A stretch of DNA of 64,000 nucleotides, taken from contig CAXSBC010000003.1 of the NCBI GenBank assembly GCA_964236105.1, positions 318,135 to 382,134 of the forward strand, written 5' to 3'. The DNA comes from an uncultured Acetobacteraceae bacterium. GTDB lineage: Bacteria; Pseudomonadota; Alphaproteobacteria; Acetobacterales; Acetobacteraceae. The notes under the pieces were generated by a model, which worked only from the letters and a program-made list of their open reading frames with translations, did no database searches and was not told where the DNA came from. The position numbers and the translations under genes are program-made. Each line of letters starts with the position of its first letter. Positions within the stretch are counted from its first letter, which is position 1. Shown here one piece after another: positions 9,452 through 18,656 of this stretch.

Positions 9452-9757
9452 ATGTCGCGCCGCTGCGAGATGACCGGCAAGGGCGTGCTGACGGGCAACA
9501 ACGTCAGCCACGCCAACAACAAGAGCCGCCGCCGCTACCTGCCGAACCTGCAGGAGCAGTCGGTGCTGTCGGACGTGCTGGGCACCTCGATCCGGATCCG
9601 TGTGACCACGCACGGCCTGCGCACCATCGAGCATAATGGCGGCCTCGACGCCTTCCTGCTGACGACGCCGAATCGCCGTCTGCCGGAGGAGGCGCAGTCG
9701 CTGAAGCGTCGCATCCTGCGCGCCCAGGCCAAGAAGCAGGCCGCCGCCACCGCCTGA
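9452..9757 (+). CDS. rpmB: 50S ribosomal protein L28
   Basis: [34 protein letters not shown]... is the L28 signature. 101 aa, with GAGGA 8 nt upstream of the ATG. Confidence 0.9.
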   Translation: MSRRCEMTGKGVLTGNNVSHANNKSRRRYLPNLQEQSVLSDVLGTSIRIRVTTHGLRTIEHNGGLDAFLLTTPNRRLPEEAQSLKRRILRAQAKKQAAATA

Positions 9758-9917
9758 GCCGGCGCGTGGCCCGGGCCCCAGGGTCCGGCCTTGCAAAACA
9801 AGGGCATCTCGCGCATGTGAGGGCCCAACAGTGTTTCGGCCGCCAGGCTCTGCCCGCGGCCCTGGAAGCGTGCGGGGTGTTGCCCGGTGCGCTTTCCTGG
9901 TTTGAGGAGAACCCGTC

Positions 9918-11999
9918 ATGTCCGAGCTCTCGAAGATCCGCAATATCGGCATCACCGCGCACATCGACGCGGGCAAGACGACGACGACGGAACGCATCCT
10001 CTACTACACCGGGGTCTCGCACCGGATCGGTGAGGTCCACGAGGGCAACACCACGACGGACTACATGGAGCAGGAGCGCGAGCGGGGGATCACCATCACC
10101 TCGGCTGCGGTCACGTGCGAGTGGAAAGAGCACCGCATCAACATTATCGACACGCCCGGCCATATCGACTTCAACATCGAGGTGAACCGGTCCCTGCGCG
10201 TGCTCGACGGCGCCATCTTCATCATCGAGGGCGTGGCCGGCGTGCAGCCGCAGTCGGAAACCAACTGGCGTCTCGCCGACCGCTACAACGTGCCGCGCAT
10301 CATCTTCATCAACAAGCTGGACCGCACGGGTGCCGACTTCTACCGCGCGTTCGACACGCTGAAGGAGAAGCTCGACATCGTGGCACTGCCGCTGCAGCTG
10401 CCGATCGGCATCGAGGAGAACTTCCTCGGCGTGGTCGACCTGGTCGAGATGAAGGCGATCATCTGGGAGGGCGGCGAGCTCGGCGCCAAGTTCCACGACG
10501 AGGAGATCCCGGCCGACATGGTCGAGCGCGCCGCCGAGGCCCGCCAGCTGCTGCTCGACACCGCGCTCTCGGTCGATAACGAGGCGATGGAGGAGTATTT
10601 CGACAAGGGCGACGTCGACGTCGCGACCCTGAAGCGCTGCATCAAGGCGGGCGCCATCTCCGGCGTGTTCCGTCCGGTGCTGTGCGGCACCGCCTTCAAG
10701 AACAAGGGCGTGCAGCCGCTGCTCGACGCCGTGCTCGACTATCTGCCGGCTCCCGACGACCGCGAGGGCATCCGCGTCGCCGCCGAGGAAGGCCAGGAGG
10801 ATGCCGATCCGAGCACCCGCCGCCTGATCAAGGTCGACCCCAAGGGCAACTTCTCGGGTCTGGCGTTCAAGATCATCAACGACAAGTACGGCACGCTCAC
10901 CTTCGTGCGCGTGTATTCGGGATCGCTGAAGTCCGGCGACCAGGTGATGAACACCACCAAGGACCACAAGGAGCGCATCGGCCGCATGTTCCAGATGCAC
11001 GCCGACAAGCGTGCCGAGATCAAGGAAGTGCAGGCGGGCGACATCGCGGCGTTCGTGGGGCTGAAGGATACCGGCACCGGCGACACGCTGGCCGATGCGG
11101 GCGACCCGGTGGTGCTGGAGCGCATGGCGTTCCCGGTGCCGGTGATCGACATCTCCGTCGAGCCGAAGACCAAGGAGGCGGTGGAGAAGATGACGCTGGC
11201 GCTGCAGAAGCTCGCCGGCGAGGACCCGTCGCTCCGCCTCAAGACCGACCAGGAGACCGGCCAGACCATCCTGTCCGGCATGGGCGAGCTGCATCTCGAG
11301 ATCATCATCGACCGTCTGCGCCGCGAGTATGGCGTCGACGCCAATATCGGCGCGCCGCAGGTGGCGTATCGCGAGACCATCAGCAAGACGCACATCGAGA
11401 CCTATACCCACAAGAAGCAGTCGGGCGGCTCCGGGCAGTATGCCGAGGTCAAGATCCAGTTCTCGCCGGTCGAGCGCAACGCCGGCATCTCCTTCGAGAA
11501 CAAGGTCGTGGGCGGCACGGTACCGAAGGAATACATCCCGGCGGTCGAGAAGGGCATCAAGGTGCAGGCGAGCACCGGCGTGCTGGCCGGCTTCCCGACG
11601 GTGGACTTCAAGTACACCCTGCTCGACGGCAAGTACCATGACGTCGACAGCTCGGCGCTGGCGTTCGAGATCGCGGCGAAGGCCTGCTTCCGCGAGGGCA
11701 TGAAGCGCGCCAGCCCGGTGATCCTGGAGCCGATCATGGACGTCGAGTGCACCACCCCGCAGGACCATGTCGGCGACGTGGTCGGCGATCTCAACCGTCG
11801 CCGCGGCCAGATCCAGAACCAGGAAAGCTCGGGCTCGACCGTCCTGGTCCGTGCCCAGGTGCCGCTGAAGGAGATGTTCGGCTACATCTCGCACCTGCGC
11901 TCCATGACCAAGGGCCGCGCGTCCTTCACCATGCAGTTCCATCACTACGATCCGGTGCCGCGCAACATCGCCGACGAGATCATGTCGAAGTCCGCCTGA
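9918..11999 (+). CDS. fusA: Elongation factor G family GTPase (paralog outside the str operon)
   Basis: 693 aa, with GAGGAGA upstream. G motifs [17 protein letters not shown] and NKLD are present. EF-G domains II-V are recognisable (...[22 protein letters not shown]..., ...[16 protein letters not shown]..., ...[14 protein letters not shown]...). Confidence 0.9.
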   Translation: MSELSKIRNIGITAHIDAGKTTTTERILYYTGVSHRIGEVHEGNTTTDYMEQERERGITITSAAVTCEWKEHRINIIDTPGHIDFNIEVNRSLRVLDGAIFIIEGVAGVQPQSETNWRLADRYNVPRIIFINKLDRTGADFYRAFDTLKEKLDIVALPLQLPIGIEENFLGVVDLVEMKAIIWEGGELGAKFHDEEIPADMVERAAEARQLLLDTALSVDNEAMEEYFDKGDVDVATLKRCIKAGAISGVFRPVLCGTAFKNKGVQPLLDAVLDYLPAPDDREGIRVAAEEGQEDADPSTRRLIKVDPKGNFSGLAFKIINDKYGTLTFVRVYSGSLKSGDQVMNTTKDHKERIGRMFQMHADKRAEIKEVQAGDIAAFVGLKDTGTGDTLADAGDPVVLERMAFPVPVIDISVEPKTKEAVEKMTLALQKLAGEDPSLRLKTDQETGQTILSGMGELHLEIIIDRLRREYGVDANIGAPQVAYRETISKTHIETYTHKKQSGGSGQYAEVKIQFSPVERNAGISFENKVVGGTVPKEYIPAVEKGIKVQASTGVLAGFPTVDFKYTLLDGKYHDVDSSALAFEIAAKACFREGMKRASPVILEPIMDVECTTPQDHVGDVVGDLNRRRGQIQNQESSGSTVLVRAQVPLKEMFGYISHLRSMTKGRASFTMQFHHYDPVPRNIADEIMSKSA

Positions 12000-12020
12000 C
12001 CGCAACGCCTGCCAGTCGGC

Positions 12021-12050
12021 AAGGCCGGTCCGGAAGGGCCGGCCTTTTTT
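12021..12050 (+). terminator. Rho-independent terminator after the EF-G gene
   Basis: AAGGCCGG-(tccggaaggg)-CCGGCCTT forms a hairpin followed directly by TTTTTT. It starts 22 nt after the stop codon. Confidence 0.7.
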
Positions 12051-12423
12051 GTTGCCGCAGCACGCGATCATGCGCATCGACGTTCGCTGGCCTCGTTCGG
12101 GCGGGCCATGCGGAGGTCCCCACCCGCGTCCACAATCTGCGACGGATTTCACGCTTCTGGCACGACCGGCGGTAGAAAATCGACCGACCGGCGCCAGGCT
12201 GGCGGTCCATCGACGTGTCTCCACAAGCATTGGCTGACGAGATCGACGGTAATTATTCAAAAAGTCTTGTTTTCTGGACGCTTGCGAAGAATTTGACTTC
12301 TCATGGCGAGTTGATGCGGCCGCTTTGATCGATAATGCTAACGATTGGTCTGCAGCGGGAAGGCGGCTCGGAGATGATGTCCTGTCGTGCGTACGCGTCC
12401 GGGATCAACGGGATGCAGAGGCG

Positions 12424-14409
12424 ATGACCATCCATCCCGCTCCCGGCGCTCTCGTCGACCGCAGCATGTCCTCAGGCGCCGATCGCCAGTCGCCCAGGGT
12501 CGGCGCGGCGACGGTCGGCCATGCCTACAGCTACGCGCATGTGCCGAACGGCAGCTGGAGCGATCCGGCCAGCTGGATCGTCGATGACGGAACGCCGGCG
12601 ACCGCGCCGCCGGGCGCCGACGACAGCGTGACGATCTCGGGCGACGAATACGACCCCGACGGGGTGCCGTTCTACATCACCGGCGACGGCCAGGCCGCCA
12701 GCCTCGCGGTGTCGCACAGCGTGGTGTTCCGGGGCGCGGTCACCACCGGCAGCCTGGTGATCGGCACCGGCTCGTCGTCATCGCCCGCCGTGACCGTGTC
12801 GGTGGATCCGGACGCATCGCTGGAGGCGGCCTCGGCCACCCTTCTCAGCCAGCTGGTGGCGATCGGCAGCGGCAGCCGCTTCATCGTCGATGCCACCCTG
12901 ACCATGGGCGCCGACGCGGACCAGGCGGTCGCGGCCAGCCTCTCGACCAGGCTCGGCGGCAGCATCCAGCTGGGCGGGCTGGAGCTGGAGCAGGGCAGCG
13001 TCAGCATCGACGACAGCGGCAGCATGACGATCGGCACGTCCGGCATCGTGCGTGACGGCATGGTGTCGGTGGCAGCCGACGGGGTGCTGCAGGTCGGACA
13101 CGGCACCATCGACGGCGCGATCTGGAACGACGGGCTGATCCGCCTCGACGAGACCGCGAACCCGTTCGGCGGCAGCATCGAGGGCAGCGGCACCATTGCG
13201 ATCGAGAGCGGCGCCATCCTGCTGCTCTCGAGCACGCTGGACGACGATCAGCATCTGCGCTTCGACGGCCCGAACGCGGCCCTGGCGCTGGACGGCATCT
13301 ATACCGACGACGCGTTCACCCGGATCGCGGGCTTCGACGCCAGCGACCGCATCGTGCTGGACCAGACGGTGTCCGACTACAGCTACAGCCTCGACGGCAC
13401 CGCGTCCGCGTCGGTGCAGGTGGAGCTGTCGGGCGGCGGCACCGAGGCCTACGTCTTTACCGGCGACTACGACGGCGAGCGGTTCGAGATCGGCCAGGAC
13501 GATGGCGGTTCCGATCCGGCGATCCTGATCGTATCGGATGCCGTCGCGTGCTTCTGCTCGGGAACGCTGATCGCGACGCAGTCGGGCGACCGGCCCGTGG
13601 AGCAGCTTGCCATCGGCGATCGCGTGCGAACGGCGGGCGGCGCGTTGAAGCCGGTGCTGTGGATCGGCCGGCGCAGCTACGACCGGCGCTACGCCGCCGG
13701 CAAGCCGCACCTGCAACCGGTCCGCATCCGTGCCGGCGCGCTGGGCGACGACCTGCCGCATCGCGATCTGCTGGTGTCGCCAGGACACGCGATCCTGGTG
13801 CAGGACGCGCTGGTGCCGGCAGGGCTGCTGGTGAACGACGTGTCGATCCTGCCGGACGAGGAGGAGGACGACATCCACTACCTGCATGTCGAGGTCGAGG
13901 GCCATGAGCTGCTTCTGGCCGAAGGTGCCGTGGCGGAAAGCTTCGTCGACAGGGACAGCCGGACGATATTCGGCAATGTCGAGGAGTATGCCCGGCTCTA
14001 TCCCGACCGGAGCCGGACGCCGCAGCCATGGTGCGCGCCACGTATCGAGGACGGCCCGGTGCTGGCCGCGATCAGGCGCCATCTCTGCATCCGGGCCGGG
14101 CTCGCGGAGCCGGCGCCGCTGCCGCCCGTCTATGGGCATGTCGACGAGGCCGGCCCGGGCCACGTGCGCGGCTGGGCGTGGTGTGCGGCCCATCCCGATG
14201 CCCCGGTGCTGCTGGACATCCTGGTCTGCGGCCGCATCGCGAGCCAGGTGCTGGCGGACCGGTTCCGTCCCGATCTGGCGGCCGCCGGGGTCGGCGCCGG
14301 CTGTCACGGCTTCGAGGCGGCCCTGCCGGACGTGGAGCGGACCTCGGTCATCACGGTCCGACGCGCGCTCGACGGACTGGGTCTGACGCCTCCGCCGCCG
14401 GCCCCGTAG
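12424..14409 (+). CDS. Hint (Hedgehog/intein-like) domain-containing protein with a repetitive N-terminal region
   Basis: The ORF is open from TTG 12325; the first in-frame ATG is at 12424 (661 aa). The Hint_2-type module runs from the Cys codon at 13549: CFCSGTLIATQSGDRPVEQLAIGDRVRT...VSPGHAILV...IHYLHVEVEGHELLLAEGAVAES. The N-terminal ~370 aa is G/S/D/T-rich and repetitive. No signal peptide was seen. Confidence 0.75.
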   Translation: MTIHPAPGALVDRSMSSGADRQSPRVGAATVGHAYSYAHVPNGSWSDPASWIVDDGTPATAPPGADDSVTISGDEYDPDGVPFYITGDGQAASLAVSHSVVFRGAVTTGSLVIGTGSSSSPAVTVSVDPDASLEAASATLLSQLVAIGSGSRFIVDATLTMGADADQAVAASLSTRLGGSIQLGGLELEQGSVSIDDSGSMTIGTSGIVRDGMVSVAADGVLQVGHGTIDGAIWNDGLIRLDETANPFGGSIEGSGTIAIESGAILLLSSTLDDDQHLRFDGPNAALALDGIYTDDAFTRIAGFDASDRIVLDQTVSDYSYSLDGTASASVQVELSGGGTEAYVFTGDYDGERFEIGQDDGGSDPAILIVSDAVACFCSGTLIATQSGDRPVEQLAIGDRVRTAGGALKPVLWIGRRSYDRRYAAGKPHLQPVRIRAGALGDDLPHRDLLVSPGHAILVQDALVPAGLLVNDVSILPDEEEDDIHYLHVEVEGHELLLAEGAVAESFVDRDSRTIFGNVEEYARLYPDRSRTPQPWCAPRIEDGPVLAAIRRHLCIRAGLAEPAPLPPVYGHVDEAGPGHVRGWAWCAAHPDAPVLLDILVCGRIASQVLADRFRPDLAAAGVGAGCHGFEAALPDVERTSVITVRRALDGLGLTPPPPAP

Positions 14410-14415
14410 CCGCCG

Positions 14416-16092
14416 ATGACCTCGACATTGCGGGGCCAGCTCGACTCGGTCGATCGCACGGTCATCCGGGGCTGGGCGCAGGATGCATGGTGGCCGGCAC
14501 AGCCGGTCAGCCTGCTGGTGACCGTCAACGGCACTCTGCTCGGCCGGATCGTCGCCAACCGCTTCCGGCAGGATCTCGCCGATGCCGGCCTCGGCACCGG
14601 TCGCCACGCGTTCGAGCTGCGGCTGGGCAACGCGCTGTCGCCGGTGTCGATGCACCAGATCCGGGTGACGCGGGAGCTCGACGGCGTCGAGCTCGACCGG
14701 TCGCCCTGGCTGCTGGAGCCGGTGCCGGTGTTGGATCAGGCAGCGCTCGACCGCCTGTCCGACCTGCTCGGCGACGGGATCGAGACCGACCGGGCCGGGC
14801 TGGATCGCCGGCTCGACTTCCTGCTGCACCAGGTCGACCGGCTGCTGACGATCCGGGCGCGCCAGCAGACGGCGGCGGGCGAGGCTGCCGGCGATGCCGC
14901 CGCATGGCGCGCGAGCCGGGTTGCGTCATCCACCGTCGCGGCGCCCGCGGCCGCCTGCCGCCAGGCGCTCGTCATCGACGAGCTGATGCCCGACGGCGGA
15001 CGCGACGCCGGATCGTGCGCGGTGCTGTCGCACATGATGTCGCTGCGTCGGCTCGGCTTTGCGGTGCTGTTCGTTCCGGCCAGCCTGTCGCCGGCACGGC
15101 AGGAGGGGCCGTTGTCCGGACGCCTGGCGGCACTCGGCATCGCCGTCTGCACCGCGCCGTACTACGCCTCGGTCGAGGAGGTGCTGCAGCGTCACGGCGC
15201 CGGGCTGGAGCTGGTCTATCTGCATCGCGGCCCGACCGCGTTCCGTTACGCCCGGCTGGTCCGGCATCATTGTCCGCACGCCCGGGTGCTGTATGCGGTG
15301 GCGGATCTGCATCATCTGCGGCTCGGCCGTCAGGCCGAGGTCGAGCGGCGGCCGGAGCTGCTGCCCCTGGCGCGGCAGCACCGGCAGCGCGAGCTGGAGA
15401 CCGCCGCCGCGGCCGACATCGTGCTCACCCACTCCTCGCACGAGGCCAGGCTGCTCGCGCAGGCGCTGCCGCACGCCAGGATCCACGTCGTTCCCTGGGC
15501 GGTGCCGCTTCGTCCGGTGGCGGCATCGTTCAGCTCCCGCCTCGGCGTCGCCTTTCTGGCCGACTATGCGCACGCGCCCAACCTGGAGGCGGCGCGTCGG
15601 CTGGTGCGCGAGATCATGCCGCTGGTCTGGGAGCATGCACCCGAGCTGCCATGCCTGCTGGCCGGCAGCCGGATGCCGCCCGGCCTCGTCGGCAGCGATC
15701 CGCGCCTGGTGCCGGTCGGCCACGTGCCGGAGCTGGCGTCACTGTTCGCGCGCGTGCGGCTGACGGTGGCACCGCTCGCCTACGGCGCCGGGATCAAGGG
15801 GAAGGTGCTGGAAAGCCTGGCTGCCGGCGTTCCGTGCGTCTGCTCGCCGATCGCAGCCGAGGGCCTGGACCTGCCCGAGGCGCTGACGCGGTGGGTCGCC
15901 GGCGACACGCACGGCCTGGCGCGGGCGATCCTGACGCTGCACCGGAACCCCGCGCTGAACCGCTCGGCCGCCCAGGCCGGTCTCGACTGGGCGCAGGACC
16001 GGCTGTCGGCGGACCGGATCGACCGGCTGCTCGGCGCCGCCCTGTCGCGGCGACCCGTGCCGGCGGATCGCGAGCGGGCGGACGCTGGCTGA
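14416..16092 (+). CDS. Glycosyltransferase family 1 (GT-B fold) protein with an N-terminal module shared with the upstream Hint protein
   Basis: 558 aa; the ATG lies 6 nt after the Hint gene stop. The C-terminal Glycos_transf_1-like core includes ...IVLTHSSHEARLL..., ...GVAFLADYAHAPNLEAARRLVREIMPLV... and ...LTVAPLAYGAGIKGKVLESLAAGVPCVCSPIAAEGL. Confidence 0.75.
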   Translation: MTSTLRGQLDSVDRTVIRGWAQDAWWPAQPVSLLVTVNGTLLGRIVANRFRQDLADAGLGTGRHAFELRLGNALSPVSMHQIRVTRELDGVELDRSPWLLEPVPVLDQAALDRLSDLLGDGIETDRAGLDRRLDFLLHQVDRLLTIRARQQTAAGEAAGDAAAWRASRVASSTVAAPAAACRQALVIDELMPDGGRDAGSCAVLSHMMSLRRLGFAVLFVPASLSPARQEGPLSGRLAALGIAVCTAPYYASVEEVLQRHGAGLELVYLHRGPTAFRYARLVRHHCPHARVLYAVADLHHLRLGRQAEVERRPELLPLARQHRQRELETAAAADIVLTHSSHEARLLAQALPHARIHVVPWAVPLRPVAASFSSRLGVAFLADYAHAPNLEAARRLVREIMPLVWEHAPELPCLLAGSRMPPGLVGSDPRLVPVGHVPELASLFARVRLTVAPLAYGAGIKGKVLESLAAGVPCVCSPIAAEGLDLPEALTRWVAGDTHGLARAILTLHRNPALNRSAAQAGLDWAQDRLSADRIDRLLGAALSRRPVPADRERADAG

Positions 16093-16116
16093 GCGGCTGC
16101 GGCCGCCCGCCTCGGC

Positions 16117-17742
16117 TCAGGGCCTGGCCGGCGGCGGCAGGCTGCCCTGGGTGCGGCGGATGAAGTCGGCGACGTTGTCGTGCAGCTGCTTCAGGCTGTC
16201 CTGGTTGGCATAGACCATGTGCCCGGACGAGTACTGCTTGTATTCGATGTTGGTCTGCAGCGACTGCGGGATCGGCAGATGGTGCATCTCGTAGATCCCC
16301 TCGTAGTAGGGCGTCGCGAGGTCGTAGTAGCCGGCGTTGAGCATCACCTTGAGGTTCGGATTGTACTTCATCGCCGCCGCCAGATCGGGCATCACGTTGG
16401 CCGAGCCTGCGACCGGCTGGGTGCTGTTCGGAGGCTGGTGCTTCATGTCCCAGTCGTTGATCTCGATCTCGGGCTTGTAGTACTTGCCCTCGCCGTAGCC
16501 GAGCTGCTTGCGGACATAGTCGTTGAAGGCGGACACGTAGGCCGAGCCGATCGCGGCGGACTGCGGATCGTAGTCCGCCTCCTTGCTCATCGGGTCCATC
16601 GTCGGGCCGGAGAAGCGGGTATCGAGACGGCCGGTGGTGACGTCGCCCTCGCCCTGCAGCGATTTCTCGAACTCGCCGCCATCGACGCGAAGCCGGGCTT
16701 TCTTGAGGTAGTCGACGGGCAGGCCGGTATAGCGGTTCAGCCTGTCTGCGATCGCGTCGCGATGCGCCGCGTCGAGCGCCGAGCCCTGCTGCAGGGCGGC
16801 GGCATAGTCGGTGCTGGCGAACGTCTCGACCTCCGACAGCAGCGCATGCAGGTCGGGCGGGTTGCCCGGCAGCCTGTGGTGATACCAGGCGGTGGCCGCG
16901 TAGGTCGGCAGGGCCACGATGTAGGGCAGATCGACGCCGGGATTGAGCTCGGGCTGATCGACGCTCGCATCGAAGTTCAGGATCTGCGACAGCAGGATCA
17001 CGCCGTTGAAGTCGACCGACTTGTCCTGCTCGAGCTGGTTGATCAGCACCGCCGAGCGCGTGGTGCCGTAGCTCTCGCCGAACAGGTACTTGGGCGAGTT
17101 CCAGCGGCCGTATTTCGACAGGAAGGCGGCGATGAAGTCGGAGAAGGCATGGCCGTCCTGGTCGATGCCCCAGAACTTCTTCTCCTTGTCCTTGCCGGCG
17201 ATGCGCGAGAAGCCGGTTCCGGGCGCGTCGATGAAGACGAGGTCGCTCGCATCGAGCAGGCTCTCGTCGTTGTTGACCAGCTGGTAGGGGGCGGCCGGCC
17301 CGTGCTCATGGTCGAGCGTCACCACCCGGCGCGGCCCGAACGCGCCCATGTGCAGCCAGACCGACGCCGAACCGGGGCCGCCATTATACAGGAAGGTGAT
17401 CGGCCGGGCTTCGGGCCTGACGGTCTTGCGGAAGTAGGCCACGTAGAACATCGACGCTTCCGCCGTCGGATTGCCGTCGTCGCCCGTCTTGTCGGCATCA
17501 ACGCCGGTCTTCGCGGCATCGTCCCAGCCCTTGGGATGCACGATCAGCGTGCCCGCGACCGCGTGGTAGTCGACATGCTGGCCGCCTGCGGTGACGGCGG
17601 CGTCGCTCTCGGCCTCGCCCGACACCAAATGCGGCACCGGGTGGTCGGTCCTGCTGATCTTGACCGTCGTGTCGTCGGCTCTGGACATGCAGAGCGGCAG
17701 CGCCACCAGGGCGCTGGTCAGGAACAGGCAGGCTCGGTTCAT
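16117..17742 (-). CDS. Peptidase S10 family serine carboxypeptidase (secreted)
   Basis: ATG at 17742 has GAGGA 8 nt upstream. The signal peptide is MNRACLFLTSALVALPLCMSRA. Motifs FLYNGGPGSASVWLHMG and the catalytic-Ser block LFGESYGTTRS are present. 541 aa. Confidence 0.8.
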   Translation of the reverse strand: MNRACLFLTSALVALPLCMSRADDTTVKISRTDHPVPHLVSGEAESDAAVTAGGQHVDYHAVAGTLIVHPKGWDDAAKTGVDADKTGDDGNPTAEASMFYVAYFRKTVRPEARPITFLYNGGPGSASVWLHMGAFGPRRVVTLDHEHGPAAPYQLVNNDESLLDASDLVFIDAPGTGFSRIAGKDKEKKFWGIDQDGHAFSDFIAAFLSKYGRWNSPKYLFGESYGTTRSAVLINQLEQDKSVDFNGVILLSQILNFDASVDQPELNPGVDLPYIVALPTYAATAWYHHRLPGNPPDLHALLSEVETFASTDYAAALQQGSALDAAHRDAIADRLNRYTGLPVDYLKKARLRVDGGEFEKSLQGEGDVTTGRLDTRFSGPTMDPMSKEADYDPQSAAIGSAYVSAFNDYVRKQLGYGEGKYYKPEIEINDWDMKHQPPNSTQPVAGSANVMPDLAAAMKYNPNLKVMLNAGYYDLATPYYEGIYEMHHLPIPQSLQTNIEYKQYSSGHMVYANQDSLKQLHDNVADFIRRTQGSLPPPARP

Positions 17743-17771
17743 GGGCACTATCCTCAAGGCGATGGCGACGT

Positions 17772-18656
17772 TCAGCCGGCGGAGCGCCAGCCATCCTGAT
17801 CCAGGACAGCCCGCCCTTCGGCCGCGAGCTTCTGCAGGTGCGACGTCAGGTTGGCGCGCGCCGCCTGTAGCAGATCGGGCCGCAGGTTGATGTAGGCGCG
17901 GCTCAGCACCGTCTCGAACGGCGCCGGCGTCGGCGACAGCAGCGCCTCGATCGAGGCCTCGCGCGCCGCGCGATGGTCGAGCAGGCTCTGCACCAGCTCG
18001 TGCGGCCGCGTGATCGCCGGGCCGTGCGCCGACAGCATCAGCCGGTCGTTGCGGTCGCGTACCCGCTTCAGGCTGGCGATGAACTGCCCCAGGTCGCCAT
18101 GCGGCGGCGGCGGCACCACCGAGGTCGACCAGCCCATCACGTGGTCGCCGCTGAAGATGACGCCGTCATCGGTTGCGAAGCACAGGTGGTCCATCGCGTG
18201 GCCGGGCGTATGCAGCACCGTCAGGCCGGCGATCCGGTCGCCGTCATGCAGTCCGATCGGCGCCTGGAAGGTCGGGTCGGCGCTGGCATGGTGGCCGGCG
18301 ATCGGCGCGCCGCTGCGCTGGCTGAGCCGCTCGGCGCCGCCCAGGTGATCGCGGTGGGTATGGGTCAGCAGGATGTGGGACAGGCAGCCGCCGGCCTCGG
18401 CGAGGATGGCGTCGAGGTGCCGCTCGTCGTCGCTGCCCGGGTCGATCACCACCGTGCCGCCGTTCGTGTCCACGAGCCAGCTGTTGGTGCCGTGATAGGT
18501 CATCGGTCCGGGATTGGGCGCCACGATCCGCCGGATGCCGCCTTGCACCGGAAGTGCCACGCCGTGCGGCGGCGGCGCCTCGGTCAGGCGCCAGGCCCGT
18601 CGCCTCGTCGGCGGTCCGGACATGGGGCGCGTCGGTCTAGCCGAAGGCACCGACAT
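17772..18656 (-). CDS. MBL-fold metallo-hydrolase (LACTB2-like)
   Basis: It carries the HxHxDH motif LLTHTHRDHLGG, plus HTPGH and a C-terminal winged-helix-like tail. The start is ATG 18656 (overlapping the upstream gene by 20 nt) or ATG 18623. Confidence 0.8.
   Translation of the reverse strand: MSVPSARPTRPMSGPPTRRRAWRLTEAPPPHGVALPVQGGIRRIVAPNPGPMTYHGTNSWLVDTNGGTVVIDPGSDDERHLDAILAEAGGCLSHILLTHTHRDHLGGAERLSQRSGAPIAGHHASADPTFQAPIGLHDGDRIAGLTVLHTPGHAMDHLCFATDDGVIFSGDHVMGWSTSVVPPPPHGDLGQFIASLKRVRDRNDRLMLSAHGPAITRPHELVQSLLDHRAAREASIEALLSPTPAPFETVLSRAYINLRPDLLQAARANLTSHLQKLAAEGRAVLDQDGWRSAG

Noticed and set aside
13549-13950. The Hint module as a true intein (mobile protein-splicing element).
   Set aside because: It does not interrupt a recognisable host protein. 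No homing-endonuclease insert is present. The module ends ...LLLAEGAVAESF without the terminal His-Asn followed by a Cys/Ser/Thr splice junction. It fits the non-splicing bacterial Hint_2 type better.
16088-16122. A bidirectional terminator between the convergent glycosyltransferase and S10 peptidase genes.
   Set aside because: Only a 6-bp complementarity (CTGAGC...GCTCAG) spans the two stop codons, with a GC-rich irregular interior and no T-tracts. This is too weak to call.
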